From the NCBI RefSeq assembly GCF_947568905.1, contig NC_079166.1, forward strand, positions 48,174,001-48,238,000: a stretch of 64,000 nucleotides of DNA, written 5' to 3'. Of this stretch, positions 51,701-63,700 are shown one piece after another. A program made the translations under genes and the position numbers. The first letter of the stretch is position 1. Each line of letters starts with the position of its first letter. Under the pieces are notes generated by a model, which saw only the letters and a list, made by a program, of their open reading frames with translations, was not told the DNA's origin and did no database searches. The stretch comes from Ostrea edulis (Eukaryota).

Positions 51701-54700
51701 AATTTGGTCGGACAGGTGATGGAGATGGTAATGATACTGATTGGAAAACGTCTTCCATCGCAGCGGCTGTACGAGACCAGGGAACTGACCGGCAAGGAGG
51801 AAATGTCCAGTCGCATGTCCTCTAGTTCCAGCAGCACCAGGATTGGAGTGAAGAAAGGTGGGTGGATAGAAAAATAATCTTTGATTAATAAATTTAGATG
51901 TGTTTTACAAGTTGAATTTCATTTGAGGAAATGCTAAATTAAGTCAATTTGGTGAAAATGTTTATGATCAGAAGCAGTTTTTACACTCACTTTCTATTTG
52001 TTTTTTTCTTTGAATTTAAACTTTAGGTGTGTATGCATGGAGACGTGAATACCAATTTTACTACTTTTTGTTTGTGACCTGATTTTTGTGTTAATTTAGA
52101 TAACCAGTTTGGATATGGTATGAGCAATATCAAAGTTTCAATATTCTATTTATAGCTTTATATCTACACCTATTTTGCTAAGGTTCATCTTTATCCATTA
52201 CATTATTTTGCATTTCCATTTTCACACCCATATCATATAAAAAGATATATGTGCGAGCTTTTTTCAGTAAAGATTTGATGTATACCACATACATTTTTAA
52301 ACTACCTTTTATTAGTGCAATACACGAACATTTATGTGTATCTGATACTTACACTAGCATAAGAATGGGGGGATAGCATATAACTGATCAGTCAGCTGTA
52401 GTATTTACAAACATTAAAACAATACTTATTTTGTGATATTTACACAGAATAAAACAGAAAGTGATACATGTATTTTATAAATATGTACATTGTAAACATG
52501 ATAGAATTTGACTAAAAATGGTAAATTTTATTTTGATTTGACAGTAGAAAGGACAATGCTAATTAATTCAAAATAGCACTCATTGCTAGTTCCAATAGCA
52601 TTTACAAGAGTAAGAATGAAACAAGATTATAATTCAGAATTACTCAGCAAACTTTGATAGCATTCAAATTCTACAAGCATTGATATCATTCAAATTCAAC
52701 AAGCATTGCTAGCATTCAAAATTCAACAAGCATTGCTAGCATTCAAAATTCAACAAGCATCGCTAGCATTCAAAATCTGCAAGTAAAGCATTAAGAAAAC
52801 TAGCATTAATGCCATAACAAAATTAGGTCCCTGTACTGTGTTCATTTTTTTTTTTTTTTAATTTATCATACTTTCATTTCAATGCTAGAACACCTTATAT
52901 GACAAGTTCAAATTTTGTAATTTAAAGGTTTAGTTTGCCAGAAATATGATAAGCAAATTGCTGTGAATGAATGCGATAATGTACATGCATTTTCAAAGAT
53001 TTAAGACTATAGCTGCAGATAATATGTCTGTCCCGGTATTTTGAATTCGCCAGAGAGCTAGAGATCTGCAGCTATAAGATTTAGCATTTATGTCATTATT
53101 CTGAAGGGGCCATTAGCTTCCAAAGTTATATTTGCTGATTGTTACCAAAAGGACGAAAACAACTTTACAGTATATAAAAATCACTGCTGACATATTAAAA
53201 TTCATACATGGTCTTTTGATGTAACTTTGACCTTTGAATTTGTTATGTTTATATAGAAATAATGGCCGAAATATTATTGTATGAAAGTAAAGTACATAAT
53301 TCATTGCAGAAAAATTTTACGTAATTTTCATATAATTTTATTGGGGGTCACTTTATTTACTGTCAGATTTATTTTTCTTTATTTTATTCAATGCATTCCA
53401 GCATTTTAAACAGAAATTCAGAATTTAAAAGTTTTCACCTTCAAATTGAAAGCTAATGCTCCTATAAGGTTTAAAAGGTATATAATTGACTCAATACTTT
53501 TCAATGAATATTTGTATGACTTATGAATACAAAGGTGTAGATTGTACATGTTTTTCATGCCTGGGCACTGGTTGATGGGCTGCTATTATACATTTTTATT
53601 GATCACATTTCCTCCCAACTTTCACCTTGGTAATTGGTTGACATGTTTTGTCCGGGAACTGGGTCATTGTGTTCTCATTTCTCTACAGACCGAAAGAAAT
53701 CTGCACGTAGTTCCGCAGGAAATGCCCCACAAGGTATCATGGGTAACCGCTAGCTAAGAATGAAGTAGAGATATTCTTTGAATGTTCTGCTCTATTTATC
53801 TTTTTGTGTTTTGATGTTTTGACAGGCTATTCATAATTATTTAATGCTACTACATCTAATATGTTAAACATATATGTTTTGTAAAGAGTTAAACTTACAT
53901 TGATATAAGTGTGTCTGTATGTAGTCTACATTGCATAATAGTAAATATGAATTTTTCAAACAACTTTTGCACTCTTATTTTTACCAGGAGAAATCAAGTG
54001 CAAGTTGCCACACACAGTTTTGCTGTAACTCCCCCTTTGTTTTAGCAGAAAGTGCAATTTCTTTTTCTTGTTTTTGATCTCTACTGTAACAGACAGAAAT
54101 AAAATTAAATTAAGTTCATGGCTGAACCAACTTTGTTTAAAGTTTTCATCATAAAAAGAAAAGTCCAAGATCAGTGATCAAAATATTTTATGAAATATTA
54201 AAGAATAAACCAGAAACTGTACACAAAATTCCAATGTAGGATTGAGTCTTACTGCATGGCTTTATGATGGTCCTGTTGAAAAGGTCCATTCAAATTGCCT
54301 ATATCTCTTCCTATTTGACACAGAGGAAAAGAAACTGAAAAGATCCATTCAAATTGACCATATATCTGAAGTCCTTTCTTATACAGAGGAATGGAAAAAA
54401 GCAATACCTGTTACACTGTTATTCTGAGTGTGTTTGTTAGATTGGTGACAGATACATGTAAACTGTTTATGTGATCAGTTTTGTGTTGGTGAAAGGTATA
54501 TTCATTTGTGTGTGCTGTGTGAGTATTGTATTTTCAAAACTTTTGAAGGTAGTACACATTTATGTATACATTGTGGTAGTATAATTATGTATGAGATATG
54601 AAAATGAACTAGCAAAGATAAAATGCAGTACAATATCAAAAGATAACAGTTAGCTCTTTAAGTGATATTATAAAACTGATACATTAGGCTGAACCAATAT

Positions 54701-57700
54701 GAGAGCTGTTGAATAATATCAATGTTTGGAACTGCATTAAAATTTATCACACTTACATTTATGTATATATCAACTGAACAACCAGTTCAGAAAAAACATT
54801 TTACATGTATTAATTATCAAGTGAGAAAGGTTTTTTTTTTCTCACAGGCAAATGAAGGTTGATTCAGTCTCAGGTTTTGGATTAAATTGTCAAGATATAC
54901 AAATATTTCACAATGAAATAAAACTATATTTATGGAAAATGATATTTAAATTTCATCGTTTTTAATTTTCACAGGTAAGAAGGATGGAAGTGACAAGTTT
55001 GATCGCGCTCAGTGGAAGTCCATGCAGCAGACAATGAATGATGCCACCAAGTTCGTGGACATGTTGCACAATGTATCATGGGAAGATGGCTTGTCTGAGG
55101 ATGTCCTTCGGGGTAAAATATCGTATTATATAGTTTTTACTTTAATGGGGTTCATTTTGGTTCTTAGAGAACTGTATCTCGAAAAATTCAACTGAGGTTT
55201 GTTATTTATTGTAATAATTATTCAATTCAAATCTTTACCTAGCTGTTGAAAGTTACCTGGCTGTTTCCAGAGAAGGTCAACTAGGTGTTACAGGGGAAGG
55301 AACTCTGTTGGACAATGCTCTAGGTATAAAGCTTAATTAACAGCTTAATTACAAAAACATATATAGAATTAAAAGGAAACAGATACTTAATTGAAAAATT
55401 AAACTATGATTTGTATTTTGATCTCTAAATGTTTTGTCAAATGACTGTTTTATAAATGACTTTTTGATGTGAAGTCTTGGGACTGTATTGAAATTTACTC
55501 TGTCAACATGAATTCACAAGTGATTCACTCTGAGAGTATTACCTGATAACTTGAATAGCCTTTAGGATAAAAGCACATGTTAATGAAAAAATTATCTTCC
55601 CTCAGATACAACATTTGCTGCCAAGAAAAGAACACCATCCCCTGATGCCACAAAGGGAATTACGATTGCCAATGCTAAATATAGCAGTGAAGACTGTGCC
55701 ACACTCGTGCAGTACACTATTGCCATTGTGGAGTACACCCGCCTCTGTGGTCCACTCAAGGCATCCCTCGAGAAGCTTCATGAGCTGGAACGAGAGATCG
55801 AAGAAAATGAACGTCTGCAGAGAGAGAGTCAAGAGGAGGTGGGACTAAATACAGTCATATACATTGAATTTCCTGATACATATACTCGTAATTCCCTTCA
55901 TATTAATTACAGTAATTGTGTGAAATAAAAATTGAAATTGCACTGAAAATTCAATCAAACAGAAACATTTGACAATTCAAAAATGGTTACGTCTGTATAC
56001 ATTAATTATGAGCTATGGGAAAACTCTTCATATATAGTAAATGGACAATGATTTTTTTTTTTTTTTTTCATTAGTTGCTTCAACAGATCTTTTGAAGATG
56101 TTAGGAAAAAAAGATTAAATGTAAATTTTGATAATTTGAATTGCTAGAAGTAATTTTGTGACTGATATGATATTTGATAGAGGAATTCCCCCTTTCCACA
56201 CAGAAGAAGGGTAATTCTATATGCTTCAAAATGATAGATATTCAGCTGTTTGGTTTTATTTTCTTTGATTTTTATTTAATGAAATTTGAAACAGAGGTTT
56301 AGGTACATGTATTTAACATCTAAAATTAACAACAAAACAGTATTAACCTGGTGGCTGGTGAGTTTAAAAAATAAAAAAAATAATGATTAAGGAAAATTTT
56401 ATGTAAACTAGAAATATTCTGACATTTTATTATATGTAGAAATAAATTTCTATATTTTCTATCTTAGAAAATAATAATTATCCTAGTTCTTTAAAAAGAA
56501 ATTTCTGAATAAATTCCTGTTGATATCATCCAAAAATATATTCAAAATACCTTGTTCAATAAAAATTTAATTTTCTATAAAATTCTTGTAGCAAGAATTT
56601 TTCTTTTTCTTTCACATAAAATTTTGTTCACACTACTTCTTTCAACCCACAACATTTTTTCAACAAACATTATTAAATAGTGATGGTAAGATTTTGGTTT
56701 TCAGCCCCATTTTACACGAGATATTAAGTAACGTAATGTGATTTGTGTACTCTGTAATTTTTCCGAAATAACAGCGTCTTCGGAGGTCAAAACTGACGCC
56801 GTCTCCTAAACCTCAACCAAAGGTTTGTGGGCATGTTGACTCCTAATGTAACAATCTGTTGTAGCTTTGTAACTTTGTCTTATGTTACTAAAGAAATTGA
56901 GTCAAATTTAGCATGTCTCAGTTTTTATGTATTCATAGGTACATCACATTTCAATTCACAATCCTGTCGCAAATTTTCTTTAATTTTTTTTATTTTTGGT
57001 TTTATACTGCAAAGAAAAGATGGGAGCACATTGTGTTTGGCATCTCTGTCTGTCTGACCACAACTTTGACAATGGTCATAATATTGAGACTCTCGGTATG
57101 ATCAAATAATTTGTTGTGTCTTATAAGTCCCTTTGAAAAATTTTCACTCAAAGTGAGATGTCTTGTGGTCAAATAAAAGGACAAAGTTTGAAGTCATGTA
57201 AAGGTCACTGTGATTATGACAAACTCAAATTTTAACTTTTGTCCAAACCTTTAATCTATACAAGATTTATTTAAGTAAGAAAGTCAATGTCAAACTTTGT
57301 TCGATCAAATTTGATGTCAGGTCAACTTGTTGCAGTCGAACTGGTCAATGTCTATTGTGAATTCTTAAAAAATCCTGTGTATTACAAATGAAGACAATTT
57401 ATATAATTATGACATTCTGTATTCCTGTTATGTCAAGGTCCCAAATATCAAGTAAATTAAAAACATGTTATATGTAAATATTGCCAATCTGCTAATTCAA
57501 GAGCTGAAACTGAATTGTGTAATTGTAGCCTAAAATATGATGGGTTGTTTTTTTAGCTTTTAAATTGGGGGGTGGGGGGGGGGGGGGGGGGTAGCTTGCC
57601 TAATCTGAAAACCACAATGAGCTTTTCTGATTGAAGTTGTCTGTAAAATTTTCAATTTCTCTCAAGAACAACTTTGTTATTTCATTCAGACTAGGCTATA

Positions 57701-60700
57701 TGCTTTCTTGGGAAATAGGAATTGAATTTTGTCAACATGAAGGGGCGTTCCCCTTTTCAAGTTGAGATGAAAACATTTGTTGAAAACGTGCTGAAGAGAT
57801 TAAGAATCTTCTCAAGAACGGCGGAGATAGGCACGGCAGCTCACTGTAGATTTTTTTTAGTTTACATAAAAAATTGGTGAAAATGTGTGTTAACATATGC
57901 CTCTCTCCACATCCTTTGGTACCTCACTTTGAAATTGCTTCTAATGGGGCTGATATGCAAGTAAAAAAAATTTGTAAAACTATTTGTAAATGTTTTTAAA
58001 TATTGCCTAAAACCCATATTTACTGCAAAATATTCCTATAAAACCACCTTTATTTTTACATTATTCACAAATCTCTACCTTGAAATTCAATAGAAAATAT
58101 TACCTAAAAATTGAAATCCGTCAGCAATGTCTTTCTATTGGTGCATTTCATGCATTAATGACCAATTTATATTGTTGTTTGATCGAATAATAGAAAATCC
58201 CACACAAATACAACATATCTTAAATAGTTTGTTTTAATGTCATAGGATACCTGAGACTTTGGACACATCATTTGCTGTGTTTATGTGGGATTTTCAAACA
58301 ACAATGTAAATTGGTCACTAATGGATGAAATTCAACAATAAATAGATGTTTTTTCAGTGAATTTTCAATTAAAGATTTGTAAATGATGCAAAAATTAAAG
58401 GCGGTTTCATAAGAAAATTTGTGAAATAGTTTTACAAAATTCTGTAACAAAATATTTTAGGGTATCCTGTGTTCTTAATGAGGGATATGATAGTCAATCA
58501 CACTGCTGTAATGAGGGATATGATATTCAATCACACTGCTGTAATGAGGGATATAATATTCAATCACACTGCTGTAATGAGGGATATAATATTCAATCAC
58601 ACTGCTGTAATGTTGAATTAAGTTAAACCCTTACTTAACTGACAAATCAAGGTAATAAGTGCTCAGGTGAGCAATATGGCCCATGGGCCTTTCTCTTTTT
58701 TGAAATTTTAATTGCAACTTCTGCCTTCCATCACAGAACACCTCTATTTTTGCTTTGGAATTTAGATGTGATGTGACGTAATGCGTGTATTTATTTTGGA
58801 GTTTGCATACTCTACATAAAAGAAATGAAACGTATCCTTAGAAATTGTAGGAATAAAACTAGGATGACAGACCATAATACGAGTTTGTTTGTGATTTGTT
58901 GTGATAGTATACAGAATTACTGGTGTAATATTTACTACATGTAGTACTTAACATAGCTGACTGGGATTGTGTAGAGTGTTGTATAATTCAGTTATGTAGA
59001 GAGCTTTAGGAACCGTTATAAAAATGACTTTAGTGTACAGATTTGAGGTGTTTTAAAAAGAATGGTGGACTAACAGAATTTTTACAGCAGGTTCTCAGCG
59101 GTCATGGACCAGTAAATGTCAGTTACAAAACGAGTACCATGAACAAGTTCATGTCAATTATTAGAAAGTAGTAAGATTGGATTTAATTTTTAAGAAATGA
59201 ATTTGTTGGTGGATGTATTTCTGGAAATGATATACATACGAGTGTACTTTAATAATATACTTTATGGCACAATTTACAAGGGCGATCAGTTGAGTGTTGT
59301 TGAGTCTGATGACATTAAAAACTCGAGTGTAAGTACTGCAGACACACATGGACAACCTCTCCTTTAGGTTTAGTTATGTACAGTAAATTATTATTATTAA
59401 ATGTTTTGTGATAGTAATCGGAGTTCTGACACAGGGAGCATAAGGTAATGGGGTGTTCATATGTCAGTACCTTGATTGCTATCCAGCATATAGTACATGC
59501 ATGCAAAACTCTACATTATTTGAGAATAGTAAAACTCTTAGCTGCCTATCATAGTTAGATACATGTAGCACTATACTGCTATCAGGAATATTACCTGTAA
59601 ATGATTTCCTGTCAAGGCAGTCTTTACATACAAGATTTTCCTTTTTCTCTTGGGATTAAAAGACTTGGTTAAACAACAGTAAAATTTGGCTCTAATTCTG
59701 ACTATAATATAACATTACATGAATAACAGGGATCGATGTATGTTAAAAAAAAAATCTGTTACTATATTACATGTATGACATCACAAAACATCCATAATCT
59801 GCTTTTTTTTCTTCAAATTACCAAAGATCCCTAGTTTTCAAGGCTTCAGAAACTTATAATGGACGATATGCATCAATGATCAAATTGACAATATCTTTAA
59901 TTCACAGAGATAATTTTGGTCAATGCTTGTGGTCCATGATGTCTATTAAAAATAGGCATCTAACAGTGGGCACATTTGAAACATTTCATGGAAAGTGTAA
60001 CGACTTTGTGATGTCATAATCAATCAAGGAAAAATCAATCTTCATTTTTATTTCTGACAAATTCAACATGGAAATTGCTGAATATCGGATTAATATCTAA
60101 TAAATTGAAGGATGTTTAAATTTTGGGGTCAGAATTGGCTGTTGTTCAATGTAGTTCTTTGTGGATCAGAATCAGTTTCTGGTTAGGAACTTTACCAGCC
60201 AAAATTAGCATCAAGTCTTTGTAATGAAGTACAAAAAGAAAAATGAAAATGGGTCAAATTTTGACAACCTGAGTACATGTTAATCTTAAAATGCAGACGT
60301 AGAGGACATTTATATGTAGTGTGATTTTATATTGAGTTCAAATGTTATATTCATGAGGCTATATACATCATTTCAATGAGTTGAATGTTGTATATGTAAA
60401 ATTAAACTGTTACATATATAAATACTTTGTTTATCTCATACTTTTATAATTCCATTGAATTTCTTCCTCTGTCTATGTCACCAATTTACCTCACACAAGG
60501 TAACGTTGTGTTTTTACTACCTCACACAAGGTTACGTTGTGTTTTTACTACCTCACACAAGGTTACGTTGTGTTTTTACTACCTCACACAAGGTTACATT
60601 GTGTTTTTACTACCTCACACAAGGTTACGTTGTGTTTCTACTACCTCACACAAGGTAACATTGTGTTTTTACTACCTCACTCAAGGTTACGTTGTGTTTT

Positions 60701-63700
60701 TACTACCTCACACAAGGTTACGTTGTGTTTCTACTACCTCACACAAGGTTACGTTGTGTTTCTACTACCTCACACAAGGTTACGTTGTGTTTTTACTACC
60801 TCACACAAGGTAACGTTGTGTTTTTACTACCTCACACAAGGTTACGTTGTGTTTTTACTACCTCACACAACGTTACATTGTGTTTTTACTACCTCACACA
60901 AGGTTACATTGTGTTTTTACTACCTCACACAAGGTTACGTTGTGTTTTTACTACCTCACACAAGGTTACGTTTTGTTTTTACTACCTCACACAACGTTAC
61001 GTTGTGTTTTTACTACCTCACACAAGGTTATGTTGTGTTTTTACTACCTCACACAAGGTTACGTTTTGTTTTTACTACCTCACACAACGTTACATTGTGT
61101 TTTTACTACCTCACACAAGGTAACGTTGTGTTTTTACTACCTCACACAAGGTAACGTTGTGTTTTTACTACCTCACACAAGGTTACGTTTTGTTTTTACT
61201 ACCTCACACAAGGTTACGTTGTGTTTTTACTACCTCACACAAGGTTACGTTGTGTTTCTACTACCTCACACAAGGTAACGTTGTGTTTTTACTACCTCAC
61301 ACAAGGTTACGTTGTGTTTTTACTACCTCACACAAGGTTACGTTGTGTTTCTACTACCTCACACAAGGTTACGTTGTGTTTCTACTACCTCACACAACGT
61401 TACGTTGTGTTTCTACTACCTCACACAACGTTACGTTGTGTTTTTACTAGCGTGCAATAACAGGAAGTACCATCAGCCAACTTGCATGCATTGAATAACT
61501 GGCAGTGCCTTTATCCAACGTGTTGGTGAAAGCTGTAGTGTATGTATGTGTACATTGGGTGATGTACCTCTTACCTATGAGATTACAATCAAGGTCTCTA
61601 ATTTGAATTACAATGTTAACACTGTAGATGTAGAGTATAAAGTATTAATTTAAAATAAACTATTCCTTAAGGACTGGTTGTTCTAAAAATAGCAGAAGCA
61701 TGATGTATTGGAAACTAGTAGTGCAGTATTCACAAAGTATATATAGTCATCATGAATATATATGAAGTCCTTAGTTAGTAACAGTCTGACTTTGCCGACA
61801 TCATATTGAGTAAGTTTTCCTAAAGATATGCATGATGATTATTCTGGAAGACTTTCAGCTCCATCTATTCTTCAGTGTATATTATATAGTTATATTGCAT
61901 GTGATCACAAAATGCCTTATAGTTATACAATGTGTAGTACTCAGTGGCAAATTTATTTATAACATTGTATGTAATACAATGTACAAGTTGATTAATTTGT
62001 TAATTATCTATACAAGCAAAAACGTACATCACCAGCTAAGAATTAAGACATTTAACCTTGATTTTCATTTTAATTTGGGAATATGAGTATAACTATATTT
62101 ACCTTTAACATTGTCTGTAATTTAACTAATTATATAACCATTCATGAATTAGTCAGGATTTAACATGTATGAATGACCTAAATTAATACAGGTCACAGAG
62201 GATCGAACCGCCACCCCGGAGCCGGAGCCTGATTACACAGAGGCGGACCTGCCTAGTCTACAAGACACAGTCAACAGTCTTCAGCAACAGTTTGACCTCT
62301 CAGTGGTGGAGAAACATTCCCTGGAGATGGAGCTACAGTCAATGAACGAACGCCTGAAAGCTGCCACAGAAATGGTGGATAGGTGAGAACTTTAATATTG
62401 ATCAATTTAAAGGTGTGCTGCCCTAAATTCATTTTCATTGGGGGGGGGGGGGTGTAATTTTCTTTGTTTTTATGGCATAAGAATTAGAATGCTCACAAAT
62501 TTTAAATCCTTCATGAATAATAGGAGAAAATGAGTCGTGAACAAGATTAGTAATGCCACAACTGTGAACATGTTCAATGCTTATTTGTCTCAATCCAAAA
62601 AAATTCTACCATACAAAAATTAATATTTCTTCAAATGTTCAAAAAATTTCAAATGCATAATACATTTTATGAAATGAATTTGTATTTTATCTAGATTAAG
62701 TATGTATTGCTTCTTTTAAAACATTAATTAATCAATGTTTAGTAGAACTAAACCATTATGTATCCAAACAGAAATCAAATTTAGTATTATATTTTTACAA
62801 TTTTATGCTTCACAGTTTAATTACAGAGGTTTTTCTTGAGATGATGAATGATATTGAATTTTCCTTGCAGTTTAAAGCCCCAGGAAGCCTCGTGGAGGAA
62901 GCATGTGAAAGAGAATGACTGTAATGAGGTGATGTTGGCTAACTGTCTGACTGCCGCCGCCTTCCTGGCGTACTGTGGCCCAGCCAGTATCGATGTCAGG
63001 TAGGAAACAGATGCCCGAAATACATTTTTATGCCCGAAATATATTTTTATGCCCCAACAAATGGAGATGAATACACTAAATTTCACTTTCATTGCTATGC
63101 CAACTTTAGCATGTTTCAGCTACTTTCCAAATATTGACTGTTAAATAAACACAACATTGTATTTGTACCAGGTAGGATATGTTGGGAATTTCTCTAATCA
63201 TGAAATAGCGTTACTGTATTTCAGTGATATTTGTTTTGACCTATGACTTGTCTTTGACTTTTCAGAAAGAGAATGGGAGAGTTCTACATGCAGGTGTGCG
63301 AGTTCCATGGCCTCCCTATGCCCAGGAACAAATTGTTCAGAAATATGGAGTTGATTGACTTCCTTTACAAACCTGTAAGTTATCACAAAATCATGGGAAA
63401 ATGTTGCAATTGTAAAATACTCAGGATGAGCCAAAAGCTTTTCCATTATAGTGATGGAAGCTATTAACACTATATTTTACTTTGGTAAACCTTCTTGGAG
63501 AAAAAAATCTGAGCACAGCTGCCACTATTCTCTTAATCTCCACAATGAAGATTTCCCTCAGTAAGTTGTTGGTTTTACAGATGGATGTGATACGAATGGA
63601 GACCATGAGGTTGTCCATCACCAAGCTGATGTTGGAGAATGCCTGCTTCCTGATGCAGAAGGAAAGTATGATGGCCTGGCCTCTCCTCTGTGACCCCACC

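Noticed and set aside
8292-51837. Minus-strand ORFs overlapping exons (e.g. 8292-8561, 12733-12933, 21247-21477, 50678-51019, 51628-51837) as a nested antisense gene
   Set aside because: They shadow + strand coding exons, show no recognisable domains and form no coherent minus-strand exon chain.
59088-59111. 24-nt phase 0 pseudo-exon (QVLSGHGP)
   Set aside because: Weak donor (CA|GTAAAT) and short pyrimidine tract; within chance expectation.
60427-61494. Multiple overlapping ORFs (FYYLTQGYVVFLLPHTR repeats)
   Set aside because: Products of a stop-poor 31-bp minisatellite read in all three frames.
63482-63580. In-frame upstream extension of exon 68 with a GTAAGT at 63561
   Set aside because: A 20-nt intron is not spliceable, and the normal 63374 to 63581 junction already aligns with dynein.
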